In this document: piece by piece, positions 1-11,007 of the stretch
Numbering within the stretch: position 1 is the stretch's first letter
How the letters are laid out: the number at the start of each line of letters is the position of its first letter
Assembly: GCA_037447605.1 (NCBI GenBank)
Contig: CM074819.1
Span: forward strand, 890,297-954,296
DNA: 64,000 nt
Reading direction: 5' to 3'
Origin: Zygnema circumcarinatum SAG 698-1b
Lineage: Eukaryota > Plantae > Zygnematophyceae
Position numbers and translations under genes: made by a program
The notes under the pieces: model-generated
Seen by the model: only the letters and a program-made list of their open reading frames with translations
What the model was told of the DNA's origin: nothing
Databases searched by the model: none

Positions 1-1020
1 GCGCAGAACAAGAGCTGGCTCGCGCGGCGCTACCTTCGGTAGCTTGTTTTACCGTAAACCCGAGCGAGCTCACGGTGAAACAAGCGAACGCAGTGAGCGC
101 CGCGCGAGCCCGCTCTTGCTCCCTCTGGTCGCGGCGCTCGGTGAAACAAGCTACCGAAGGTAGCCCGGCGTGAGCAAGCGAACGAAGTGAGCGCCGCGCG
201 AACAAGTGAGCTTGTTTCACCATGAGCGAGCTTGTTTTACCCTACGGTCGCTTGCTCTGCACTCTGCGCTACCTTCGGTCGCCTGCTCCGCCCTTCGGTC
301 GCCTGTTCGCTCGCTTTTACTGCGCTCGACTCGCGAGCAAGCTCGCTCGGTTTTACTGCGCTCGACTCGCGAGCAAGCTCGCTCGGTTTTACCCTTACGG
401 TCGCCTGTGACTGCGTCACCCTTACGGTCGCCTGCTCCGCCCTTCGGTCACGGTGAAACAAGCGAACGCAGTGAGCGCCGCGCGAGCCAACTCGCTTGTT
501 CCACGGTGAAACAAGCGAACGCAGTGAGCGCCGCGCTACGCTCCTGTGACTTCGTCACCCATTTGTCGCTTGTTTTCATGAAGGTCAAAGCTGTCTAGAA
601 ATAGGTAGTTCTCGTGGGTCATGCTTGGTTCGCTTGTTCCAAAAGTTACTTCCAGGTTGCTTGTTCCCTTAGGTGAACCTATCCGTTGCTAATCAAGTAC
701 CCATTCCAACGGCCTAGTAAACAAGCTACAGGCTGCTCGTGAGCTTATGAGTGAATTTTCTATTCAAAATATATCAGGTAGCTTTCTAGTTGAAAAGTCA
801 ACTTAAGTAAAACTAGCTTGCTTTTTTAGAAGTACCTTTGATTATTGAAACCTACATTTCGAGTTTCCGCTTTGAGTTCAAGCAAAACTCACACAGCGAT
901 GCGTCCGCAAGCTGCGCAAAATGCGTAGAAAGTACAAACATTCTAGAACATGAACACAAAACAAGCTATCGCTTATATTCAGTCAAGCCTAAGCAATACT
1001 ATAATTACTATAACAGATTC
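1..1020. mobile_element. Repeat-rich, probably non-autonomous element (right part only) inside a ferrochelatase intron
   Basis: 35-bp direct repeat CACGGTGAAACAAGCGAACGCAGTGAGCGCCGCGC at 71, 449 and 502. GGTGAAACAAGC also at 140 and inverted at 210-221. 36-bp tandem duplication at about 315-386. Hairpins GCTACC-TTC-GGTAGC (29-43), GCTACC-GAA-GGTAGC (150-164), GTGAC-TGC-GTCAC (407-419), GTGAC-TTC-GTCAC (546-558). AACAAGC/GCTTGTT motifs continue to about 970. No coding similarity; family and right boundary uncertain. Confidence 0.5.
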
Positions 1021-1290
1021 TAAAGGAAATGTGAAAACTTGGTCTTCTTCAGGTACAGTAGGTTTCCAAGGTTCACGACGTTCAACCAATTAAAGCTCCC
1101 AGATCACTAAAGGTGACTGCGAAAGACATGCTGGAAGCTGAGAGGAGGACAGATCGCAACACTCTTGGACCAAGCTGCTGACTACCGCCACATGCACAAT
1201 TCCCTTCTTAGCAAACCGTAAAAATTTACATTTGAGCCCTTCCCCACCACACACACCCTCCACTCCCCCGTCCAACCAATTTCTTCGCAC

Positions 1291-4200
1291 CTGATAGGCT
1301 AAGGTATGCACATTGTTGACACCTCGCTTTTTCAACTCATCCATGATCAGCTGCACACACTCCTCCATCTCTGCTTTGTACGGATCCCCTGCTTCCTCCA
1401 CATAGGCTACTGGAACTCCATGTGCACTGAAAAACACATTCACCTGCAGCAAGTTCGCACTGCCTATGTCAGTTTCCTCGAGGCAAATCACTCCCCTGTC
1501 ACAATGGGTATCTTTACATTTTACATTTTCCTACTTAGCTCCACTTGGCCTTGAGCATTTTCGCTTTGGAATATAAGCAAACCACGCTCATATCATACAG
1601 GACTCACACATAAAACAAGGAAAAGTCTCTATCTTTGTGATATAGAAAATGTAGCTATGCCTTCCATTCCAGTTGATCATCTGATATGAAACGACTAGGT
1701 TTGAGTACTAATACCGACTCTTATGCTAAAGTTGTACCAAAAAACGCTGCATATTTCAGCAACAAAACATTTATTTTGTCATCCACGAGTTTGCTTCAAA
1801 GTTAAGTTCAAGCCATCCAATCTTGAACTGACCTCCTCCATATTTGGAAACTTTGGAAGCTCCCTCTCAATCAACGATGCCATAGCCTCCACATACCCGC
1901 TCCGCTGATACCATGAAGGAATGACCGTATGCTGCATGTTCACCAAGTACGCATCCTCCCTGCAATTCCAATTTCATTGGCAAGCACACTTCTAGGTCAA
2001 AATCTTTTCATATGTAGCCTGATACCAGTCATAGACTTTCTTTGCACAGCAAGAACAGTAATCTCCTGCCGTATAGTAATATCCTGCTGAAGTTCATATC
2101 ATGTTGTCGCCAGATTCCATGGAGGGAAAATTAAGTCATGGAGGGAAAATTAAGTCAGTTTATGGCCATAACTAAGCAAAACGAATGTCTGATTTCAGCA
2201 TGCTGGACGAGGCCTCAACTACGCCAAAGAATCAGAGTGCAATCCTTTCAACCACTTTAAAAATCCAATTACAACTGGCTTCTCTAATAGGTCAATAGAA
2301 ATGGCAAATAGGCGTCAGAAACACTCACTTCAGCAGGCTGAAGCTATGACGATCAAGGAATAATGCAGGAGCTTTCAAATCTCATCTAATCTATACCATT
2401 ATAGATGGCTAATTTCAGTATGCTGAACAAGGCCTTAACTACGCCGACATAGGCATATGGCTCAAAAACTTGATGATTGACACCATTTTTTGGAGGGTGT
2501 TCAAGATTCTGCTAAAGGTCGACTAACTCTGCCAGCTAGTTAGCTTTTTTTTAAGCACTCGTTAAAGGAGATAAGAATGTATGAAAAACAAGCCTCACCT
2601 AAAGATCTTTTCCAACAATCGCAAGCTGGACCCGCTTGTCGTGATGGAAAATTGAGGGTACAGTGGCAGAACAACCAGGCGGGTGATCCCGTCCCTTTTA
2701 ATCTGCTCATGATCGACATAGCAACTCACTCAGTCACTCACTTAGTCAGCACGCTCGTTATCTTGTCCTTTGCAGCTCTGACACCTTTCACATTCATAAC
2801 ATAAAACTGCTACGGAACATAGCAGAACATCATATATTTGTCTAATTTTTTACCATAAAATTCCTCCAATAAATGGTCACATCCAGCTTCCGAAGAAAAC
2901 TGACCTCCGATATAGCCTCCTCCGTGAATGGATGCCAATACCGCATGCCCACATACACCTTCGCTGGCAAATGTTTTTGTTCCAGTGCTTCTCTTAATGC
3001 TTCAGCCTAGAGAGCTCCCAAAAAACCCATAACCACAGAAAGTGTCACTCTCTGGAAACGAATTCAAGTGCAAATAAAACGACAAAACACCAAAAATGAT
3101 CTTGCGGGGTGACTTCGATCAGGATAGGCTAGAAATGCAGTAAAATGAATGTATGGGCAGAGAAACAATCTGCATCAAAGCGTCGTTCCGATCTTTTCCC
3201 ACTAATTTCCAGTTTCCTGCATCCTTTTTTTCACAGGGCTAGAGAATGACCATGAAGCAATATTCCAGTTCTTCTTCTAATGCTCCCAGGTCATGAAAAG
3301 CAAAGCAATTGCTCAAACGTCACAAGAGACAATGTCGCACAATAGACAACATGGAGAGAGAGGGGGAAGTGAGAGAGAGAGGGCCATTCAGGATCACCAA
3401 ATGAAACACAATAACATATTTCCACAACGGATGATAGCTCCAGAACAGAGGGAACCACTCAGAAACAAGAAACAAGGTGAACACAAGAAGAAAGAGAAAC
3501 AAACGTTCGTCAACTTGTCCAGACTACTAAAACATTGATGGAAGCAAAAGCTATGAACTATTGTCTTGAATGAAACTCTCATCGCTGCTTGGAAGATGTA
3601 GACCCTTGCACCCTCAAGTATAAAGCAGGCACCAAATCCTCATTTCAAAAACATTCGTTGCATAGTGCAATCAATATGGAAGTGAACATTCAGACCTTAC
3701 TAGGTCAATCAGCCGTCAGGCATCACCTTCTGCTTTAGTAAATTTGACAATTTCAGGAAAGTGAAATTTCCTACTGAAAGTGTCAAAAACTATGAAGGAG
3801 TGTACCTGCTCCATTGTGATCCTCCGGAGAGGGGAACCGCCTCCAATGGACGCATATCCCTCCTGACTTTTTGGCGCCCTTAAGGTGGATATGAACTGGG
3901 CTAACGGCCGTTGCAAAAATTTCAGCAATCGCGGCAAGCGTATAATATCCTGTAAGGAAGCATGTGATTACAACGGGTAAACAAAAATTTCAACGAGCTT
4001 TTGGTGCTTAGAATCAAGCCAAATAAAGAAACAATACGACGGATGTCATAACATCTAGATAAGAAAAACCAGAGTTGCCTCTCGATCAAGAAAAGCTACA
4101 AAAGATTCGGCGGTCATGCCGAAAGACGTACTTCTCAGCACAAGCTTTTACAGAACAGAAGTTCACGGGCATACATGCACACATGGGCGCAAAATTTCCT

Positions 4201-5676
4201 GCAACAGTATATCAGATTCTGAAGCAAAGGAAAACCGCATATTATCAAAAGCTGCTTAATTAGCCCGTTTCTTCGACTGGATGGTCCGGTCCTGCTTACA
4301 GGATCAGCGAATAGATTGAACAGAAACGGTTGAACATCATCCAGAGTTTCTGGACCTCCAAGATTAAGGAGCAGAACTCCGACCCTCTCTGTTTTGTTCA
4401 AATCCTCTCCTGACTGATCCGAATCGGAAACAGATTCGGTAATTGCAAGAGTTGCACGAGCTCGCGCATTTCGCCGTCTCCTTTTCGCCCTTGCTTCTCC
4501 ATCTCTTCTATTTTTCTTTCCAATTTCTCGAATATCGAAACCTGCTCTACTCTCCAAAATACTTGAGCAAGATGCCGCGCTGCTCGTTTGTCTGTCACGT
4601 GACACATCGTCCCCAGCTGCAATAGAACGCCGGTTCTGCGGCCTGCACACACTTCAATAATAATGATAGCATATATTTAATGTTCTTTTCTAATTCTCAA
4701 TTAGAAGCCTTGCATGAATTCTTGTGCATGTTGCCTCACGCCATACAATAAAAAAATGCCTTCACAGACTTAGTTGCCATCGTTCTACCAAACAGCTCCC
4801 TGAAGCCAGGATTAGGGCGAGTCGAACTTTGACATTTTCCGAAGATGTAGTACTCGAAACTAGTACATGGTTTCAGCGTCTTAAGGAATAAGAGTCAAAT
4901 CCAGAAGTATTGTTTTCGAGAAAAATTACAAGGCGCAATGTCAAATGACGACACGCCCTAGTACTTCCATCAGATTCCCAGTAAGACCCGAATTAGAGAA
5001 AAAAAAAATGCCAGCCTGTTCTGTTCACTATTGAGCCTACTACTTGAAACATGTCTATGAGAGAAAAGTATCGATAGGAAAACAGATTTCTAACCACTTA
5101 TTAACTAAGAAATAAATTGCTAATGGTTGAAGCTGCAAACAATACCAGGCATGGAAAACCCATTGAGTCTGTTGGCGGAGAGCAACTGAAGAACATCCTG
5201 GCGCTTGACACCTGGCAGGCGCCTGTTGGCGCTTAATCTCAAACTGATCAAGGGCACGGTTGTGACATCCTGCAAATTTGATACAGCCGAACGGCTTCAA
5301 TAAGCTGCAGTAAGATGCAATATAAGCTTTTACATTTATGTATTTACATTTACGTTGATTCAAATCTGCTTGCTCCAAACAGCTGGCTTAGATGAGCGAT
5401 AAATGAGCACGAACAACAGGATTTTTTTGTAAAAGCAGCCAATGATTGCAGACACTTTCATCCAGCTGCAAGAAAGCGAATTCAACTTGCAAAAACGAAA
5501 GGCGAATTGACTGAACGACCTCCTTTCCAAATCCCTCTTCAGGGCAACGAAATACAACAGCAGCAAGTGAATGAAAGCATGCCAGCTGGCATCCTTAAGC
5601 TACACCACTCACTTAGATGGCTCTCAAAAGCAGACGCGTTCGGAGGAGCAGTCAGCAGGACCCCTCCCACAACCAT
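1291..5676 (-). CDS. hemH: Ferrochelatase (protoporphyrin ferrochelatase), 3'-partial
   Basis: GT-AG exons 4642-4300 ([27 protein letters not shown]), 3949-3806 ([41 protein letters not shown]), 3006-2905 ([16 protein letters not shown]), 2702-2599 ([22 protein letters not shown]), 1959-1833 ([16 protein letters not shown]), 1443-1291 ([27 protein letters not shown]...LAYQ); phases consistent. N-terminal transit-peptide exons (about 5676-5613 and about 5386-5146) are tentative. The next expected exon (SRVGPVEWL) is not within 1-1290. Confidence 0.95.
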
Positions 5677-6227
5677 CTTCTGCAGGACGAGTTGCAAACC
5701 CTAAAAGTTTGAACCCTTCAGAACCCTTCCAAAACCTTTATTTCCGGTAAAAATAAAAAAAAGAAATACTGAATTCTGGAAGCAAGTACTCAAGCAAATT
5801 GCTTTCAAATCTTCACATTTGCTTTGTTTCAGCTCAAAATTCCAAACCCTAGTTCGGAAGAAATCGAACCTCTCTATGGTTCAAAGGCGCTCAGACCTGG
5901 CCGGGGTCAAGTTCCCAAGGAAACGAAGCACAGGCCATTGCGCGGTACTCATTCTCAAAGAGGACTTTCGGAGTACCGATATCTTTCCAACGGCTGCCTT
6001 GCAAACTGCCACGCGTCGAACCATGAGACGACCACGTTCTCCGTTAAAGCTAACTGGCTCTTAAGTTCACGGCCTGTTGAACAGCTCCATGGATACGTGG
6101 TCTATGTGCATTTTTTACAGTAAATATAGGCTGACGTGGCACATTTCTACTGGCTACAATTTAAGAATGCCGTACACATTAAATTTCTGACAGACGGTGG
6201 CCACAGAGAACTGGGCTAGGACGCTTT

Positions 6228-6322
6228 CGTACATATTCGTACATGTTCGTACATATTCGTACATGTTCGTACAGGTCCATACGTATTCGTACGATTTTGT
6301 AAATATTCGTACAGTACCGTAC
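6228..6322. promoter_or_regulatory. Phased CGTAC (SBP-box-like) array in the ferrochelatase/HSC20 divergent promoter
   Basis: CGTAC starts at 6228, 6238, 6248, 6258, 6268, 6288, 6308 and 6318 (units such as TTCGTACAT[A/G]). Further CGTAC at 6171 and TGACGTGGCA at about 6132-6141. The sequence is observed; regulatory function is inferred. Confidence 0.6.
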
Positions 6323-6441
6323 AGGTCCATATATTCTCTGATTGTCTGTGCTACATACTATACTGTTCTGTAGTGGGACGGGGAGGGAGTGAGAGAGGGA
6401 GAGAGATGTGGAGAGGGGGAGAGGAGGTGTTTGTAAAGGCT

Positions 6442-9072
6442 ATGTCGGCAGCTGCGTTGCTGAGGAGGACCGGGGGAGGCTCTGCAGAAAGGAGCATATC
6501 AGCAGGACCATGGAAGGATTTACTGCGGCATTGCAGGGCTCTATGGATGTCAGACACAGGGGAGCAAGTGAAGGCAGAGCAGCGTATGGTAGGATATGGC
6601 AGCAGAAGCCATGGATGCGGTAGAGCCGCAGAAGGAGAGAACATGCATGCTGCCAGAAGGTGTGCTCTCGTTTTAGATATTGGAAGCATGCGGAGGGCAG
6701 CCACGAGGGAAACCCTAATCAGGGCTGAGTTGGCACAGGGCAGGGTCTTAGGCAGAGCATTGGGTTCAGTTGCGGCTGAAGGCGGTTCGTGCTGGCAGTG
6801 CGGGTCTGCAAGAGGGCGGCAATCTCCTTTCTTTTGTGCATCCTGCGGCGCAATACAGCCTGTGGATCAGTCCCTGGATCATTTTACAATGCTGGGAATG
6901 TGAGAGGCGAATTTCATTTCATATTCCTTTTTGGCGTGATTGGTGGCAATTTTTTAAACTGCAAGTTTTTAATCGGAATTTGTTTAGGTGCTAGCTAGGT
7001 TTTAATCATAAAGAACAGTTTTAGGTTTCTTTTGGTTCTGGGCCGAGTACTATGACTGCGGATAACTCCTTTTAATATTTTATTTTTTAAGTTTTGCAGT
7101 TAGTTTTGTACTCCGTAAGTATAATACATATTGACTTAAGATTTTGAGAAACATAAAGCGAAAATACAAAAAAAAGATAGCATGAATTCTATAGAATTGG
7201 AGCCCGTGATGTTTTCTTTATAAGATGCCAGACAGTAGATGTGAATGACAGGATCTTGCAAGCCCACGGGATCTCAAAAAAGAAGAAAAAATTCCACTCA
7301 TCAACGAGTAGTTTAATTCATAGCATCTCTGAGTTCTCTTAGATTCCCGGCTAGCACTAGTTCTGAATTGACCCTTTTGGCTGAAGTAAGTGTCGCATGG
7401 GGTTGTGTTTGTGTTCTATATCTGTCCGGGGCCACTTGCAGAGATCTGCAAAACCATGCAAAAATCATGCAAAAGTTTGCAACTATTTCGACGGGGTCTT
7501 TGTTATGGGCGGGGCTTCAGCGCGCAACATTTTAAAGTTGATGCCGCTGAGCTGGAAAGACGGTACAAGGCCCTGCAGAAGCAGCTTCATCCGGACTTGT
7601 TTGCAACTAGGACTGAGGTATGCAGCAACATGGATGCTATGATGTATGCATGCCATGTGATGTATGTCATGTGATGTATACATGCCATGTGGGTCTATCC
7701 ATGCTATGTGATGCAATGAACACCCACTTTCTCCAGTAATCCATACCTGTGAGATCCGCCGTTAGACTTCAATATTGATCTACTTTGAGGGCATGAAGCA
7801 GCCAGAAAGCTGCAGGTCTCCCTTAAATCATTTGAAGTGAGCGAATTTCAGTGTCTGATTCATGATGTTAGTGCTTTCCACCAGCTGGAGAAGCAGCACT
7901 CTGCAGAGCAATCTACACGTGTCATTGATGCGTACTACACTCTACTTCGGCCTTTATCCCGAGCCCGCTATCTCGTAAGCTCGTCTCCACCTTACTTTTC
8001 TCAGCCAGCTTTTCGACTTTTCGGCTGTATCACCTTTAAAGTTTGCGTCGACTCTGGAAACAGTGTGAACGTAGACATGCATGCAAGGGTTTAGATCTTT
8101 TTTTTGTACCCTGTTTGGGATAAGGTACTTGGCGACAGAAGTTTACAGTTTTTAATCGTTTGTGATGGATCAGTTGAAGCTGCGAGGACGAGTAGTGGGA
8201 GAGGAGGCCACACTTCAAGAACAGAGTCTGCTGATGGAGGTGAACTCCTCACTCCTTTGCGGGTTCTATTTATCGTCAAAAAGACCCACAACTCTCCTAC
8301 TGTGCTTTCTACACACTTGCAGGAGCACAACTGCATTGATAAGGGATATGAGCAACTGTGCTTGGATTCAAGTCAAATTCAAGGAGAGGATTTTTTGCTT
8401 TGTTGGCCAATACTTGTCAAGCCACTTCAGTGACAGATCAGCTTGATGTGATGGTTGTTAAAGATCAGGAATTGTGGGTGAACAGATTATGGAGATACGG
8501 GAAGCCATTGAGGAGGCAGAGGATCCTAATGACTTAAAGAGACTTTTTGAAGAGGTATGAGAAAAAGCCCACTACAATAAAGGAGGACATAAGAGGACAA
8601 AACATACAACTACATCGATTTCAAAGCAAAGCTATTCTTTAAGATCCCTATGCCAGTTAGGGCAGAGTCGTTTACCCCCCTGTCTGCATTCTCTCTCCCT
8701 CTCCCCCCGTGTTTGCTCTGCCCTCCTCTTCTTCACCTTCACGCCACTCCCACTCGTCTCCCCCTTCCCTCTTTCTGTACAACTTTCCTTTTGTCTTTCT
8801 TTTCCACTATCTCTCCCTCTCAATTACTCGCTCCCTTCAGTCCTCCCCTCTCCCTACCCTCTCCCCGCCCTCTGCTCTCTCCATATATCCTTCCCCCTCA
8901 TCGTATTTTAGGGTATGTTGTGTTGGCCCTGCAGAATGAGAAGCGATGGAAGGAGTGTGAAGGCCGGTTGGGCGTTGCCCTGGAGAAGGAGCAACTGGAT
9001 GAAGCCGTCCAGCAGACTCAGCGGCTCTCTTACTTTTCACGCATTAGAGAGGAGCTCAGTAGAAGGTTGTAG
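6442..9072 (+). CDS. HSCB: Mitochondrial Fe-S cluster J-type co-chaperone HSC20/HscB
   Basis: Exons 6442-6899 (basic presequence; CWQC...FFCASCGAIQP tetracysteine module; DHFTMLG), 7521-7617 (YKALQKQLHPDLF, J-domain HPD), 7885-7974 (VIDAYYTLLRPLSRARYL), 8174-8239, 8486-8554 (IMEIREAIEEA), 8935-9072 (TAG); all GT-AG and in phase. Alternative in-frame ATG at 6406. Confidence 0.95.
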
Positions 9073-10372
9073 AAGCTCTTAGTGAAGCTCTGCTTAAAGG
9101 CCTTTCTATATGCGAATGAGTAGCTTCACTTTCCATGCAGTCCGCTTGTTCTGCTTTTGTGAATAGGTTGAGCTGCCACAGTGGAGGTCATTGCAGGCCT
9201 ATCTGTAGCAGAAATTTTAGTTTTGAGGGGCAAAATTGGAATTTTTTAGGTCAGGGAGTGAGCCAGCAGTCGTGGTTTTCGCCTTTCCTGAATCGACGTT
9301 TCTATGAGGGAGGGAAATTTTTCGTATTGTATGAAAGGAAGGAAGGGAGGAATTGCACTGGCAGTAGTGACCAACCGAACAGAAGGGACAGAAATTATCG
9401 TCTGCTCTTCGTTGAAGCACCTTCCATGGGTTGGTTGTGTCCGTTGCGGATGACTGGAACTGGGGATCCATGTGCCAGTTCAACTAGGTCGGTTTGCACG
9501 ACATAGAAAGGCCGCATTATATTGGAACAAGAAGCTCAAAAGGTCAGAGCTGTTGCTGGAGAATGCGGACCTATCGAATAAGTCGAATTTTTATGAAGCC
9601 GACAGCATGTCTTCTTCAATCTATGGAGGTCTTGGAGCATGCCCATCATTAGAGGAGGAGCACCTTGCAATAACAAATCCTCCAGTTCTGGCTACGGACC
9701 TAGTTCTTTTCATAAGGTAGATCGACAAGGTACGGAAATCGTGTCCGAAAGTTACCATCTGTTGCCCACGGGATGCAGAATTCCAAGCAGCAGCCGACCA
9801 ATTGTAAAAGGGGGGGGGGGGGAATGGCATTGATCTCACGATGGCGAGACCAGCAAATGGACATGGACAAAAACAGCATGGGGAACCACGACGGACTGGT
9901 CGCAAAGGACCTAAGATTGTAAGTATTTGCTTGACTGTCTAATAGCAGGAGAGAGATTCCCCTCCGAATTCCCGTGGTCGGAGGTTTTAATTCATTGGAT
10001 TTTGATGCTTCTTGCTGAGATTGATGCTCTGGCAAGAGATTGGGGTGGTTCAGATAGAAGCATGGTTGCTTACAGTCATACATTTTAACCATTATCATCC
10101 TTCACAGGCTTTTTGAATCAGTTACAAATAAAAAAATGGATGTGAAGCCTCGTTTCACTGGAAAAGTGAGCTATTTAGTATGAGGCGAAGTACTCCACAA
10201 CTTGGCATCCAAGCATTGTGAATATGCGCATCAAAGCATCTCTCTGTTTCAAGATTTCTTACGATTAAGCAATGTGGCTATGGCCGGTCTCTACTCTCAA
10301 CATTCATAACTCTTTAAGTACCAACAATGCTCTTGAAAATGAAGTTCGCCCCTAATTTGTGGCCATTTTCAC

Positions 10373-10575
10373 TAGGGGGGGTCAGACTTAACACATGGCC
10401 AAATCAATTTAGTAAGCCTGTCGGGCTAATTAAGCATTGGCTAGGTACGCATTTCGGTATCGCTGGGTTCGGCGGAGCCGTGGATCCCGACCCGGAATTT
10501 GTACACGAAACTTTGACTTTTAGTATACTAAATTCGGGAATTTAGTACGCTCCCGGCCAAGTCTGAGCCCCGCTA
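10373..10575. mobile_element. MITE-like element (~200 bp) with 15-bp imperfect TIRs and TA flanks
   Basis: Left TA|GGGGGGGTCAGACTT (10373-10389) and right AAGTCTGAGCCCCGC|TA (10559-10575) match at 13/15. Internal palindrome TACTAAATTC-GG-GAATTTAGTA (about 10526-10547). A TA target duplication suggests a Tc1/mariner-type derivative. Only one copy in the window. Confidence 0.6.
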
Positions 10576-10659
10576 TTGTGTGGTTCTGCAAGACTTGTTG
10601 TGCATGGCATGAGAGTTGAACACTGCACACCGTTGGGTCAGGCACTCAGGAGATACTTC

Positions 10660-10780
10660 CGTACGTTCGTACGCTCGTACGCATGCTTTCCGTTGGAACT
10701 GTACGAAAATCGTTAAGGGACTCCAGGAGCCAATCAGCGCTCGAAGATTTCCGAAAAAGTCGGGAAGGGCGCCACGTGGC
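10660..10780 (+). promoter_or_regulatory. F-box gene promoter: CGTAC x3, CCAAT box, palindromic G-box
   Basis: CGTAC at 10660, 10668 and 10676 (8-bp period); TGTACG at about 10700; AGCCAATCAG with CCAAT at 10730-10734; GCCACGTGGC at 10771-10780; then a polypurine tract and ATG at 11008. Confidence 0.6.
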
Positions 10781-11007
10781 GGTCCCTGGTATCAGCCGAG
10801 GGCGGAGGCAGCCATTGCGGAGAGGGAGAGGGAGAGTGACAGGGGGAGAGGGAGAGGGAGAGGGAGAGGGAAAGGGAGGAAGAGAGATGGACAGGATTGA
10901 AGCAGGGTCAGAGGGAGGGAGAGAGAATATCCTGAGAGAGGAAGAGAGGGAGGGAGGGGAGTAGAGGAACAGGACAGAGGGAGAAGAGAGGGAAGGAACA
11001 AGCATCC

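Noticed and set aside
206-598. ORFs across the terminal repeat region
   Set aside because: By-products of GC-rich repeats with no domain similarity.
9100-10100. Short ORFs downstream of HSC20
   Set aside because: No recognisable domain or exon chain; probably 3' UTR or intergenic sequence.
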